From positions 1 to 41,149 of the IMG/VR virus record IMGVR_UViG_3300047272_000153: 41,149 nucleotides of DNA, one strand, 5' to 3'. Both the position numbers and the translations under genes were made by a program. Below the pieces are notes generated by a model that made no database searches, was not told where the DNA came from, and saw only the letters and a program-made list of their open reading frames with translations. Position 1 is the first letter of the stretch. Every line of letters starts with the position of its first letter. This document shows positions 8,659 through 19,422 of this stretch, piece after piece. This DNA comes from a virus (lineage: Duplodnaviria > Caudoviricetes).

Positions 8659-9975
8659 TTAAAACGAGCCTTCGTTACCCTTTGCTTTACCAGTACGTAG
8701 TCGTCCTGATGAGCCAGAGAATGAGGCTGCTTCGCGTTCAGCAAGTTGCTGACGCTTACGCTTTGCAGATGCAGTACCTTTAAATACTTCTTGCTCTGCT
8801 GTTGCTTGTGTATATTGGTCACCGTAAATCTCACCCAACTTGGTAGCAGTTGGCATAATTTCGCCAATAGTTGAGTAGCCTTCTTGAGCCTGCTCTTTAG
8901 TGATACCAAACCTTGCTAGGTCTTCCGCAGTTGCCTTGCTATAAGCAAGTTTCTGGTTTGCAGCAGCAGCACCAATCTCAGCGGCTGTTACCTTCTCCTG
9001 CAACTTAGGCAAGTTATCCTTTGGGTTTAGGAAGTATGATGTTAGGTCATCATCTTTAATATCATAGAAGTTCTTTAGTGTTTCTTTAATCTTTGGGTCT
9101 GCGTTGTTAACGCGGGTAACGACTGTCTCTACACGGTCTTTAAACTCTGTAGCAGATATATCATTACCAATGATGTTAGCCATAGCATTGCGCTTAGCCT
9201 CAGTTGTTGTTCCAAAGTAATTCTTAACGCCATATGCATTGAGTGTTTGAGAGTATGAGTTCTCTAGGTCAAGATACTCAGCCTCAGATAGAACGTTTAA
9301 CCCAGCCTTACGACGGGCTTCATTGCCAGCAAATCGCTTGATATACGCAGCGTTATATTCTGGGTTGGTCTTTAGCATAAGTGATGCTTGGTTTGGCCCA
9401 ACATTGTTAGACATAAGTTTTGTGATTGCTGGTACTAGTTCTTCAAGTCCGTAGTTAATGAATACTTCTTTGAGAAGAGCATAAGCATCTTTATCGGAAG
9501 CAGATAGTTCATTAGTGGTTTTATCTATTGAAGAATCATCATTACTTGCTACAGGAACAGAACCGTTTTCCGCTATACCATTAGCATCTACATCAACTGG
9601 CCCCTGTAGGGTCATTACAGTTCCAGCCTTTTTCCATACTGGCTTATCAGGTGTATTATTTCCACCACCTGCTGGTGTCGTGTTACTAGTAGTAGAAGTA
9701 GATGTTGTAGCAGGAGTTACTGGAAGATTAAGATATCTTTTTTCAGCATCTGTTAGCGTTTGACCACCAGTAAGTTTACTTAATACAGCCTGACCATTAA
9801 TTGTAGGTGATGGTGGTGTAGTACTTCCACTTAAAGGATTATAGTAAGTAAAGTTCGAACTAGGCACTGCTGGTTTTGGCGCAACAGTTGGCTTTGGAGC
9901 AGCAGTTTTTTTCGGAGGAACAGAAGTCTTTTTTGATACTGCTGTACCAAATTCATCTTTAGGTGCTATCGCCAT
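8659..9975 (-). CDS. Putative internal virion/ejection protein
   Basis: 438 aa, Pro/Thr-rich N-terminus and helical C-terminus, in the head module; positional inference. Confidence 0.45.
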   Translation of the reverse strand: MAIAPKDEFGTAVSKKTSVPPKKTAAPKPTVAPKPAVPSSNFTYYNPLSGSTTPPSPTINGQAVLSKLTGGQTLTDAEKRYLNLPVTPATTSTSTTSNTTPAGGGNNTPDKPVWKKAGTVMTLQGPVDVDANGIAENGSVPVASNDDSSIDKTTNELSASDKDAYALLKEVFINYGLEELVPAITKLMSNNVGPNQASLMLKTNPEYNAAYIKRFAGNEARRKAGLNVLSEAEYLDLENSYSQTLNAYGVKNYFGTTTEAKRNAMANIIGNDISATEFKDRVETVVTRVNNADPKIKETLKNFYDIKDDDLTSYFLNPKDNLPKLQEKVTAAEIGAAAANQKLAYSKATAEDLARFGITKEQAQEGYSTIGEIMPTATKLGEIYGDQYTQATAEQEVFKGTASAKRKRQQLAEREAASFSGSSGRLRTGKAKGNEGSF

Positions 9976-11225
9976 TATGCCATCAATCCGAATGACTTGA
10001 GAATATCGGTTGCATAGTTAGCCGCTTCTTCTCTAGCATTCTGTGTCTTAGACCAACGTGGGTCTTTTCGCATCTTAACTTGGAAGTCAGTAAAACTCAT
10101 AACGCCCTGACCATTATTGTTATGTAGTGCATCTTGGATATCTTTATCAAAGACATCAATACCCTCTGATGACACTTCAAGAATCTTTGACTTGTATGCT
10201 GCAAACTGATTAGCAATGTCGGATACCTTAACGCCTCTATCAATTTCAACTGAAAGGTTTTTGTAAAAAGATTTAGATAGTTCCTTGATAAGAGACTTCT
10301 CTCCGTCAAGAGCACCAGTATCTAAAACTCCACCAGTTGTAAAGGTACGCATTACTCTATTCAAAGCATCTTTAGAGGATAGTTCAACGCCATAATCTTT
10401 GGCGGTTTCTTTAAGTTCCATGATGCTAGAAGCAACACGACCACCATACTTTGTAATATCTTCTAGTGATGTATTGCGGATTGAAGGCGTAAGAACATTA
10501 GCCATAATTCTGTACTTGTCACCAGAATCAAGTAGGTCACCAGTTGTGGTCTGAAGACCACCAGATACTGTAGTCTTACGGATTGCCTTCTTTTGTTCCG
10601 CATTTAACTTATCGTAGTAAGCAGCCTTTTCCTCATTGGTTGCTTTACGACCAATCATCTGCATTACAAAGTCATTAATTTCCTGACCTGCATTTAATTT
10701 ATCTGTAAGTACGCGCTGAGCATTAGGGCCAGAGCCATCAGATACAGCGGCACGACCTGTAAGCCATGATGAGAATGGGGTAAAAGATGTCTTGCCTTCA
10801 AGTGTAAACCTTTGAATCTGCTCAACGCTGTGGCTAGTTGCAGCCTCTAGAATACGGTTGTTAAATGCAGCCTCGTCACGGGTATCGTATTCCTTTTGAG
10901 ACAGGAATCCTTTATCCTTTAATTGCTTACGAAGAGATTCAAGGTTTCCCTTTTTAGCATAGTCGCTTTTATACTGACGAACAATCTCAACTGATGTAGC
11001 CCTTGACCACTTACGACCATCTGGTTGCACATAAAAGTATTGAGGTATTAGGTTATTTTCTGCTGTTCTAGTAGCAAGAATCCAGTTACCATAAGTATCT
11101 TGTGTAATCTCAATAGATGGACTTGCACCACCAAATGTATTTTCAAGGCTTGCTCTGTCTGCATCACTTAGACCAGGGGTGTAAGAATAATTATTTGCCC
11201 CACCAGTTCTTGTCTCTGCCATCAC
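9975..11225 (-). CDS. Putative internal virion/ejection protein
   Basis: 416 aa, helical, ends MRKDPRWSKTQNAREEA; between portal and scaffold. Confidence 0.45.
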   Translation of the reverse strand: MMAETRTGGANNYSYTPGLSDADRASLENTFGGASPSIEITQDTYGNWILATRTAENNLIPQYFYVQPDGRKWSRATSVEIVRQYKSDYAKKGNLESLRKQLKDKGFLSQKEYDTRDEAAFNNRILEAATSHSVEQIQRFTLEGKTSFTPFSSWLTGRAAVSDGSGPNAQRVLTDKLNAGQEINDFVMQMIGRKATNEEKAAYYDKLNAEQKKAIRKTTVSGGLQTTTGDLLDSGDKYRIMANVLTPSIRNTSLEDITKYGGRVASSIMELKETAKDYGVELSSKDALNRVMRTFTTGGVLDTGALDGEKSLIKELSKSFYKNLSVEIDRGVKVSDIANQFAAYKSKILEVSSEGIDVFDKDIQDALHNNNGQGVMSFTDFQVKMRKDPRWSKTQNAREEAANYATDILKSFGLMA

Positions 11226-14200
11226 TTACCTCTCACTGCTGCTGAAATTGATTCTTTTGAGTATGTATTTAATAAAGGATTAAAGATAATACGTGCTGCT
11301 TCATAGATTTCTGGAGAACTCTTACCAAGTTCATCAATCATCAAAGCAATATTTTCTTTCTTTTCAGCCTTATTAATTGTAAAGTCAAAGCGAACTCGTT
11401 CATCTCTATCATTGTTAAAGTTCTCAAGAGCCTGTAGTTCGTTAATAATGGTACGCATACTGACACGAACTTGCTTGCGGATAGGTGACTTAGGGTCATC
11501 TACTGCATCATTAAGAACCTTTAGTTTGGTACGAAGTTCGCCTTGTGATTCTAATGAGTTTTCAATTACCGCTGCTAGTTCTGGGTTAGCACTACGCATC
11601 ATGCTCTTTGCCGCAGAAGCCTTATCAATAGCCAACTTGCGTACTGATGGGTCTAGAGAATTAGCAAGTGCTTCATCTCGCTCATCATCTAAATCAAAGT
11701 ATGCTTGCTTGTCTGATGCTAGACGAACAGAATCTAGATACTTTTCAAAGTCTGGCATGTCAATAAGGTCTTGGCTTTCAAGCCAACCATAGACATCAGG
11801 GTTATATTCACCAGCACGTGGAGCAAACAACCAACCCATTTCCTTGTACGTATCTAGGAATGTCTTATTATTTGTAGCCCACTTCTTAACTTCATTTGTC
11901 TTGTTAATAAAGACCTTATATGAGTTATTAGAACGTGGAGGTAGATAACCAGCCTTGCCTGGATTCTTACCAACAAACGTAGCAAGTGCTAAGTCCCAAG
12001 CGTGTGGAATATCAGTATCGTTATTACGTAGAATGCTGTTATAAATATCCCAGAATCCAGCCTTTGGGCTAGTAATACCAGCACGCTTTACATAGTCAGA
12101 AAGACTTGTTGTCTCTTTAAAGCCAGGCTGTCCTGGGCTAATCTGTCCAAGCATATTACGGAATACAACAATAGTATTTGCAGAAGCCTTTAGGTCTTTT
12201 AGATACTTTTTCTTCTGCTCGGTGGTTGCATTCTCTGGTAACTTATATCCAAAAGCATTAAAGTATGCAATAGCCTGTAGAGTTGCACTTGCCTTTTGAC
12301 GATTAAGTTCATTAGGCGCAAGCGTATTAATAATACTTTGTCCAAACATTGGAGTCAAAGCAGTATAAAGGTCTAGGTTTTCACCAATATTACCGAGCAT
12401 AATTGTATCAATTTGCTCACTTACCTTCATGGTAGTTGGCTGTATTTTTTCCTTGATTGATGAAGGAACAAACGGCAACTCTCTAGCAATAGTCTTAATT
12501 GCCAACATTGATACAGATGCAATAGGGCTGCTAAGGCTAGGCTGACCAGCATCAGGAGAGAATGATGGGTTAATTAACTTTAACTTTAGTGCCAAGTCAT
12601 TAAAGACTGGAACTTGGAAGTTGCTATTGCCAGTTAGTACACGTAGTACTGGCTCAACTGCTGAGTTAATAATAATATCTGTAGGGAAAACAATGTACTG
12701 GTCACCCTTATCATCTTCATAAATATCACCGTTTGCCTCTAGACCAGTACTTAGCAAACGTATACGTGATAAAGCACGCAATGGATTACCAGAGGCAACG
12801 CGATAGATACGGCGCTGGAAGTCTTCTGTTGCACGATAGAAACGTCCTACTGAGCGAATAGACATAGCAAGGTTAGAACGAACAGCCTGGTTATCTACAG
12901 ACTTTAAAACGTCTTGGATAGCAGTCTCGTATGCAAGAGTAACTATACGCTTTTCGGCTAGGTCTGCTGCATTCTTTTGCAGTCTGGCTAACTCATATGA
13001 ATCCATATTTGGATTAGCAGCACGAGCATCTGCAATAATATCCTTGCGAATGTTTGCTTCGAAGCCACGTAACTTTCTTAGGTTATTGTCAATGCGGAAC
13101 CATACTAAAGGCTGACGCAATAGACCGTTAACTTGTGCATCCATTACATCCATAGACCAGTTCTGATAACGCTGGATAAGTCCACCAATACCAGTAAACT
13201 CTTCAAAGACCTTCATATCAACTTCAGAATCGCCAACTTTGCGCAAGCGTGTGTTGATTGTTCCTACTGGTTGATAGGCAACAGTTGCATCTTCAAACTC
13301 TTTAAAGGTGGTTTTGGCAATAGCCTTAGACCAAGTATCAGATTGAATGTTTCTTTTATCCGCAGCAGCATAAACTTCTTTCTGCTTCTTGGTGACAAGG
13401 TTAAACAAGTCTTGGTTGAATGCATTAGAAGAGCCATGGAATGTGCTCTTCATATCCATTAGCATTGTTGAAATATGCGATACGGCAATCTCAATGTCAT
13501 TACGACCAGACTGACGCATAGCAGCAGTTGTGCTGAATGGAGAGTTAAACTCTTTAGCAAAGTTTCCGTCAGGCTTGCTTACAAATGTGCCTAGATTTTC
13601 GTCGTATCTAACGCCAATCTTTTCAAGGATTGCATTACGTGCGCTCTTAAACTGGTCAACAGTTCTTAACCCACCGTGGTTAAAGAAGTATTCGGTAGGA
13701 TTAATATATATGCCTTTGGCAACTGTTCTACTATTGACAGCAAAACGAGTATTCCAGTTATCAAAGTGAGCAACAGCAATCTGCTTATTGGTCATCTTAG
13801 AAACTTCGCGTGGGGTATATATACTTGATTGTTGCAAACCAAAGTCACTTAGACCTGTTGTCCACGCTGTTGGTGCAAACATAGAACTCATATAATCTTG
13901 GCTAATCTGCCCAGAAAGAACAGATTTAGAACCAAGAGAATCAGCCATTGAATCAATCAGGGCTGGGTTATGCTTCATAACCAGTTTTAAGGATTCAAAC
14001 ATACCTGGAGGTAGAGTCTTATCGTAGATTTCGATAGCACGATTAGTGATTGCTTCCATGATTTCCGCATGGGTTACATTCTCTATAGTGGTATCTTTTT
14101 CATCTGCAAGTTTCTTGATAATATCAATACGCGCTTCAGCAGGTAACTTCTTAGTTAAGTCAAGATGTGGGAACATCTTATACATTGCACGCTTATACAT

Positions 14201-16489
14201 ACCGATTGCTGATTTAGAACCAGTTGTAACTGTTGCAACTTGACCAATCTGCTTACCGATTCCACCTCTGCCCATTGCTAGGTCTAGAAGGTCATAGTAT
14301 GAACCATTAAGTCCATAGAAAATTGATTCATCTACAAAAGTACGCACACCAAGGCGTGGGAAAAGTGTCTGGCTAACGTGAAAATCTGTAAAGCGGCGCA
14401 ATAAGTTGTTGCGTGTAGCACCACCAATTAAGTTAATGAAGTTTGTTTTCTTAGCCAACTTAGCCTGATTAGCATATTGATACGCTAAGTCATAATTGAT
14501 AGGTGCAATTCCCTGTGACAACTGTGAGAAGTGTGTAGCACCACGGCTTTGCAAAACTGGTACATCATTTTCGTACTTATAAATATCTTTAGGCATTTCG
14601 ATTTCCCAGCCTTGTGGGATTTCGGTGCGGACTGTGTTAAACATACCAGCCTGCTCGTTGAATGTAGCATTCAGCAGTTCACTAGCCTGTGCTTCTCCAC
14701 CAGGAGTAGCGTGCATACCGATACGACGATAGAATGCGCTATGCGCATTGCGGATTAAAGTAATCTGGGCTTCTGGAGCCATGTCAAGGTATAGGTCAGC
14801 GATTGCTTCGGCAATATCACGACGCACAATTTGACCCAAAAGGTTACGAACGTTGTCAATAGTCTTAATTGCATCTTCGCCATGAAGAATACGACCAGGA
14901 GAACGGAATCCTTGACGACCAATTTGGTTAAGAACGTTCTCTCGGTCTCTATTGCGCTCTAGTAAATCATCTAACTGTGGGCTAAGAAGCGAGTTCTCGC
15001 GCTCACCAGTTTTAAGTAGTGCATCAATTACTTCAAATGCATCTTTGTTGGTTGCTTCAATAGATGCAACATCATCTACTAGTGGATTAAATGAGCGATA
15101 GATACGCTTATGCACTTCAGATGTAGTCTTACGGTAGGCTTTAGCAACAGGAATACCGTTACGTGTATGCGAAATACCATCAACAGACATTGAAAGAAGG
15201 TAACGACCATTTTCATAACGCTCAAAAAACTTTTCAGCAGTCTTTGCATCAGATACTTTAGCCGCAGCCATCTTCTTAATTACTTCTTCGTTAGCCCATT
15301 CTGGGTTTTCAAAGCGAATCTGACGGTAAATTGATGAACGTTCGGCACCAGGAGTAGCATTTGCATAGCGTTGAATAGTTGGGCCAAGTGTGTTATCCCA
15401 CAATGCAACAACATCTGGTTGTTTAAATATATATCGGTTAGCCTGCTTGACTCCAGTTTCACCAAAACGGTCAAGCAAAAACTTATATTGGTCTGCTAAC
15501 TGGTCACCACGTGTTTTGATACCAGCAAACTGAAGCGCTTCAAGAGCGCCAACCTTTACTCCACCAACACCCTTTGCTGCAGCCTTTGCAGCAGGGCCAA
15601 TACCAACATATGTAAGTGGGTCTGTTGGGTTAAGTAACTGATAAACAGCATCAATAGAACCAGAACCTATTCTTTGAACAGATTTTTGACCCTTTGTTGT
15701 AGCCATGTCAATACCAAATGCTTTTAGAATCTTGTATGTTGGCTTCTTTTTAAACTCGGCTAATTGTACTGGGTTCATAGGTTGTACCTGTGTTAGGTTA
15801 CGACCAGGAGACAACTGAACATTCTGTTGAATATCTGCAAGCAAGTCATCAAATGCATCTGGTTCATTGCCCATAAACTTGAGAGCAGAAGCCATATCAT
15901 CATCAACACCTTTGCCATACATATCAATGGCTTCGCCAGGTGTGCGCTTTTCAATAAGACCGCGAGCAAGAGTTACGAGTGCTTTGCCGTACTTTTCTTC
16001 GTAGCGAACTAAATCTTCCTGTCGCCACATGTTAAGTCCATTAAAAGAATCTGTTACAACTTTTTTGCTGAAGTCTTGCTTACCAGATGTTAACTGTTGC
16101 GCTACGTTTTTAGGAGTGTTAACTCCTTTAGAATATGTATCAACGGCTTTATATGCAGCAACAAGCGGACTAAATACAGTTCCAACACCAGCCATTGCTA
16201 CCTTAGCACCAGTAGTAACAATCTTTCCAAGCAAGCCTTGTTCTGCTTTAAAGATTTCCTGGTCAGAATAAATGTAACGTAGGTTTTCTTGAACGATTGG
16301 GTCTAGTTCAAGGAACTCTTTACGAGCATACTCTTTTGGTTTTTTAAGTAGACCTTTACCAATACTGTATGTCTTGGCAAGTTGCTTAACCATAGCCGCT
16401 TCCGCTGGAGGAATCTTTGTGCGAGCAATAGCATCTGCAATGTTAGGGCTAATTTGGGCTATAGATGGGTCTAAAGGAACCTCAGCCAT
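11222..16489 (-). CDS. Large internal virion (ejection) protein
   Basis: 1755 aa, largest ORF, predicted mostly helical, no catalytic motif recognised; analogous by size and context to T7 gp16-type proteins. Confidence 0.55.
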   Translation of the reverse strand: MAEVPLDPSIAQISPNIADAIARTKIPPAEAAMVKQLAKTYSIGKGLLKKPKEYARKEFLELDPIVQENLRYIYSDQEIFKAEQGLLGKIVTTGAKVAMAGVGTVFSPLVAAYKAVDTYSKGVNTPKNVAQQLTSGKQDFSKKVVTDSFNGLNMWRQEDLVRYEEKYGKALVTLARGLIEKRTPGEAIDMYGKGVDDDMASALKFMGNEPDAFDDLLADIQQNVQLSPGRNLTQVQPMNPVQLAEFKKKPTYKILKAFGIDMATTKGQKSVQRIGSGSIDAVYQLLNPTDPLTYVGIGPAAKAAAKGVGGVKVGALEALQFAGIKTRGDQLADQYKFLLDRFGETGVKQANRYIFKQPDVVALWDNTLGPTIQRYANATPGAERSSIYRQIRFENPEWANEEVIKKMAAAKVSDAKTAEKFFERYENGRYLLSMSVDGISHTRNGIPVAKAYRKTTSEVHKRIYRSFNPLVDDVASIEATNKDAFEVIDALLKTGERENSLLSPQLDDLLERNRDRENVLNQIGRQGFRSPGRILHGEDAIKTIDNVRNLLGQIVRRDIAEAIADLYLDMAPEAQITLIRNAHSAFYRRIGMHATPGGEAQASELLNATFNEQAGMFNTVRTEIPQGWEIEMPKDIYKYENDVPVLQSRGATHFSQLSQGIAPINYDLAYQYANQAKLAKKTNFINLIGGATRNNLLRRFTDFHVSQTLFPRLGVRTFVDESIFYGLNGSYYDLLDLAMGRGGIGKQIGQVATVTTGSKSAIGMYKRAMYKMFPHLDLTKKLPAEARIDIIKKLADEKDTTIENVTHAEIMEAITNRAIEIYDKTLPPGMFESLKLVMKHNPALIDSMADSLGSKSVLSGQISQDYMSSMFAPTAWTTGLSDFGLQQSSIYTPREVSKMTNKQIAVAHFDNWNTRFAVNSRTVAKGIYINPTEYFFNHGGLRTVDQFKSARNAILEKIGVRYDENLGTFVSKPDGNFAKEFNSPFSTTAAMRQSGRNDIEIAVSHISTMLMDMKSTFHGSSNAFNQDLFNLVTKKQKEVYAAADKRNIQSDTWSKAIAKTTFKEFEDATVAYQPVGTINTRLRKVGDSEVDMKVFEEFTGIGGLIQRYQNWSMDVMDAQVNGLLRQPLVWFRIDNNLRKLRGFEANIRKDIIADARAANPNMDSYELARLQKNAADLAEKRIVTLAYETAIQDVLKSVDNQAVRSNLAMSIRSVGRFYRATEDFQRRIYRVASGNPLRALSRIRLLSTGLEANGDIYEDDKGDQYIVFPTDIIINSAVEPVLRVLTGNSNFQVPVFNDLALKLKLINPSFSPDAGQPSLSSPIASVSMLAIKTIARELPFVPSSIKEKIQPTTMKVSEQIDTIMLGNIGENLDLYTALTPMFGQSIINTLAPNELNRQKASATLQAIAYFNAFGYKLPENATTEQKKKYLKDLKASANTIVVFRNMLGQISPGQPGFKETTSLSDYVKRAGITSPKAGFWDIYNSILRNNDTDIPHAWDLALATFVGKNPGKAGYLPPRSNNSYKVFINKTNEVKKWATNNKTFLDTYKEMGWLFAPRAGEYNPDVYGWLESQDLIDMPDFEKYLDSVRLASDKQAYFDLDDERDEALANSLDPSVRKLAIDKASAAKSMMRSANPELAAVIENSLESQGELRTKLKVLNDAVDDPKSPIRKQVRVSMRTIINELQALENFNNDRDERVRFDFTINKAEKKENIALMIDELGKSSPEIYEAARIIFNPLLNTYSKESISAAVRGK

Positions 16490-16897
16490 TTAGTACCCCT
16501 TATCTTCTAGCATCCTATAAAGTAGTTCGGTATCCCCACTTGGGTCGTTCTCAGCAATACGCTGCAATATACTTAAAATCGTTGGCTCTGTATTTGGAAG
16601 ACTTCCTAACGCATATGAACCAGGGCCTTCACCACGGTCAATACCAGAAGTGATTGGTTCGTTTGGTCGTGATGTTGGAGCCATCAAAGGTGTTGGCATT
16701 TCCATTTCTGGAATTACTGGCTTACCAGCCATAGGTGCTGCAGTCTGTTGGTCATATGTGTTTTCGCCGTATGGCATACCAGACATGTACTTAGCACCCT
16801 GTGCAGGGCCGCCATCTGTGCGCTGTGATAGCGCACCAGGGCCAGATGTTGGTGCAGGATTTTCTGGCTTACGGTATCCGCCTCTATTGTCAGCCAT
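16490..16897 (-). CDS. Gly/Pro-rich hypothetical virion protein
   Basis: 135 aa, RGGYRKP..PAPTSGPGALSQRTDGGP, downstream of the portal. Confidence 0.6.
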   Translation of the reverse strand: MADNRGGYRKPENPAPTSGPGALSQRTDGGPAQGAKYMSGMPYGENTYDQQTAAPMAGKPVIPEMEMPTPLMAPTSRPNEPITSGIDRGEGPGSYALGSLPNTEPTILSILQRIAENDPSGDTELLYRMLEDKGY

Positions 16898-17124
16898 TAA
16901 TCTTCATCCTCATCATCTTCGTATGGTGTATCACCAATTTTTTCTAGCGGCTTAACTGGAAGTATCCATGAAGGAAAGGATTCCTTATCAAGGATTAACC
17001 AGAATGCCATGTCTGCGGAGAAGCCTGCACGACGCAATGACTTGTACCATTCATTCAAAGCAATCGCATAAGCATCCATAGCAGAGTAAGTATCTAAATC
17101 AATTACTTTCTTTTTTCTTGCCAT
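16897..17124 (-). CDS. Hypothetical protein
   Basis: 75 aa, basic N-terminus, acidic C-terminus, coupled to the next gene. Confidence 0.6.
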   Translation of the reverse strand: MARKKKVIDLDTYSAMDAYAIALNEWYKSLRRAGFSADMAFWLILDKESFPSWILPVKPLEKIGDTPYEDDEDED

Positions 17125-17132
17125 GGTTACCC

Positions 17133-18878
17133 CTAAATAACTCTTTGTTGTCTAATCTGAGCAGAGCCACCTGCTTCACCATTTGAGTTCAAGCGGCTAA
17201 GTAACATTTGTAAATCTGGTTGTCCTTGCGCAGGAGCGCCTCCTACTGGAGCGCCAGGAGCAGAGGGGACGGGTTGCTCAACTGGAGCACCAGCAGGAGG
17301 ATTCTCTGGTGTAAACACTTCCTCAATGACATCTTCAATTTGCTTACCATCTTTACGTCCCTTGATTGCCATAGCAATCTTTTGAATGATAGGTAATGGG
17401 TCTTGTCCCTGAGTTGCCATTTGTGGAATTGTTTGTGTATATGCTTGCAGAGAACCAATGAGAGCCTTGCGAAGTTTTTCAACTTCAATCTTCTCTTGTT
17501 CCTGTGTGACGTTGATACCAAACGGCATTTCTCGTTGAGCCAAGTCAACTGAAATTAAATCGCCACCCAATGCCTGAAGCATAAAAATAAGTCCCTGTGC
17601 TGGGTTAAGACCAGCCAGCATACCGTAGCGGACATCTGCAGAATAGTCACCCTTGATATTTTTAGATGGTGTGTACTCAAGCGCATATGGTGCGCCAGCA
17701 TCTACGCCACGAATTGTTTTCTTTTCGTCAAATACTACTTCGTCAACTTCAAAGCAGATTGAGATAACAGTCTTTAGTGCTGAAGCAAAGATAGCCTGCG
17801 CAGATTTAACCTGCGTATCAAAGCCACCCATAAGTGCTTGAACACCTTGACCAGTAATAATTGAAGCATCAACGTTACCAGTACGAGATTCTGGATAGCG
17901 TGTTCCTGTACGAAGTTCCTGTTGCAATACTTGCTGTTCGCTAAATGCTCCAGCAGGGATAGGAAGTTCTACGCGACGAACACCAGCAGGGTTGTTGGTA
18001 CGAATAACTCCGTCGCCACCAAACTCAAACTCCTGCACATCACTAGGCAAGACGATAGGTGACTGTACTGACTTCTCCGCTGCTTCCATTGCAAGTAATG
18101 CAAATCGGTTGCGAAGCAACTGAATACCGAGTACGTCATCAAACTGTCCACGCATTTCGCCATCAATAGATGGACGACGTGCAATGTGGACTAGCATCTT
18201 CTTGATTGGATTTTCCGCTTTAGATACTGCGTAGTTTCCACGGTCTGGAATATAAATTACAGACTGTTCTTTATCGTAGTATCGAATAACAGTTAGGTAG
18301 CCATTCATATCCTGGTCATAACCATCTTTACCAAGGATACCTTCTTCATGCTCAGGGAATTGAGCAATTAGTTCGGCAACTGTCATGCGGTATTTCTTAG
18401 CAAAAGCAATGCAGCGTCCATAGCGGTCATACTCTGGGTAAGCACCTACAGGGTTTTCTATGCGGATACGCGGCAGTTTTGCTTCTTCGTCGAATTCAAT
18501 AACGAAAGGGACGAAACCAAATGTGAGATACCAGTCTGCACCAGTATACATCTGCACTTGTAAATCTGAATTAATGAAGTAGTTTGCAGCAATGCGGGTG
18601 CGAGTATCAGCGAACTTACGTGACTTGTCTTCTACTTGATTAATTGCAGAGCAGTTAATCGCTGGAAGCGGAGCCATTACTTCTGATAGGTCGCGTGCAA
18701 CAATGTCAATAAAGTTTGCAACTACGTTTGCATCTACACCTTCTGGAAAGAAATCAGGATAGACGCTAGAAATCTGACCACGGCGTACCGCTAAGACATC
18801 TTCATGTCGTGAGTCGCGCTCACGTGCGCGGTGTTTGAGCGACTCAACACGCGCCGCAATCTGCTTAACTGATAACAT
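17133..18878 (-). CDS. Portal protein
   Basis: 581 aa near the terminase; VVANFIDIVARDLSE motif, helical core and Q/P-rich tail typical of podovirus portals. Confidence 0.75.
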   Translation of the reverse strand: MLSVKQIAARVESLKHRARERDSRHEDVLAVRRGQISSVYPDFFPEGVDANVVANFIDIVARDLSEVMAPLPAINCSAINQVEDKSRKFADTRTRIAANYFINSDLQVQMYTGADWYLTFGFVPFVIEFDEEAKLPRIRIENPVGAYPEYDRYGRCIAFAKKYRMTVAELIAQFPEHEEGILGKDGYDQDMNGYLTVIRYYDKEQSVIYIPDRGNYAVSKAENPIKKMLVHIARRPSIDGEMRGQFDDVLGIQLLRNRFALLAMEAAEKSVQSPIVLPSDVQEFEFGGDGVIRTNNPAGVRRVELPIPAGAFSEQQVLQQELRTGTRYPESRTGNVDASIITGQGVQALMGGFDTQVKSAQAIFASALKTVISICFEVDEVVFDEKKTIRGVDAGAPYALEYTPSKNIKGDYSADVRYGMLAGLNPAQGLIFMLQALGGDLISVDLAQREMPFGINVTQEQEKIEVEKLRKALIGSLQAYTQTIPQMATQGQDPLPIIQKIAMAIKGRKDGKQIEDVIEEVFTPENPPAGAPVEQPVPSAPGAPVGGAPAQGQPDLQMLLSRLNSNGEAGGSAQIRQQRVI

Positions 18879-18903
18879 TATTGTCCTAACGGTTGATTAA
18901 AAA

Positions 18904-19413
18904 TTACTTAGACTTCTTCTTTGCTTGCTCTTTCATTAAGCGAGCAATAGTTTCACTTGAGCGAGCAGATACTCTTGCTGGAACATCTTCCATTTTGCGT
19001 GGGTTCATGGTCTTCTTCATAACCTTGCCAGCCTTGGTTGGCTTATTTGCAGCCTTGAGTCCGCGAGCATTAGCCTTGGCTTCTGCTTTGGTCATTCCCT
19101 TTTTAAGAGAAGCACGAACATTTTGGCTCATAACCTGATTAGCACCACCGCTAATAGACACCTTGCCAGAAGGAGACGCGGCATTTTTAATTGCTACATT
19201 TTTACTAATCTGTAGACTGCCTTTTCCCATTTTAGGGATAACTGATTTTGCTGATGAACCAGATACTGGAGTATCAAAAGCCTGACGACCTCTAGAAACA
19301 ACTTTCTTCTTTACGGTTGCCTTAACAGTTTTTTTTGCTGTGTTGCTTGCAAGTTTCTTTGCAACTAATCTAGCAGCGGCTGCTGCGGCTGCTCCTACGA
19401 GTGGTGCTGGCAT
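18904..19413 (-). CDS. Highly basic Lys/Ala-rich protein between terminase and portal
   Basis: 169 aa; N-terminus MPAPLVGAAAAAAARLVAKKL similar to 4285-5163. Confidence 0.6.
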   Translation of the reverse strand: MPAPLVGAAAAAAARLVAKKLASNTAKKTVKATVKKKVVSRGRQAFDTPVSGSSAKSVIPKMGKGSLQISKNVAIKNAASPSGKVSISGGANQVMSQNVRASLKKGMTKAEAKANARGLKAANKPTKAGKVMKKTMNPRKMEDVPARVSARSSETIARLMKEQAKKKSK

Positions 19414-19422
19414 AATGATTTC

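Noticed and set aside
11222-16489. Tape measure protein or virion RNA polymerase
   Set aside because: No tail tube or chaperone genes nearby, it lies in the head module, and no polymerase motifs were recognised.
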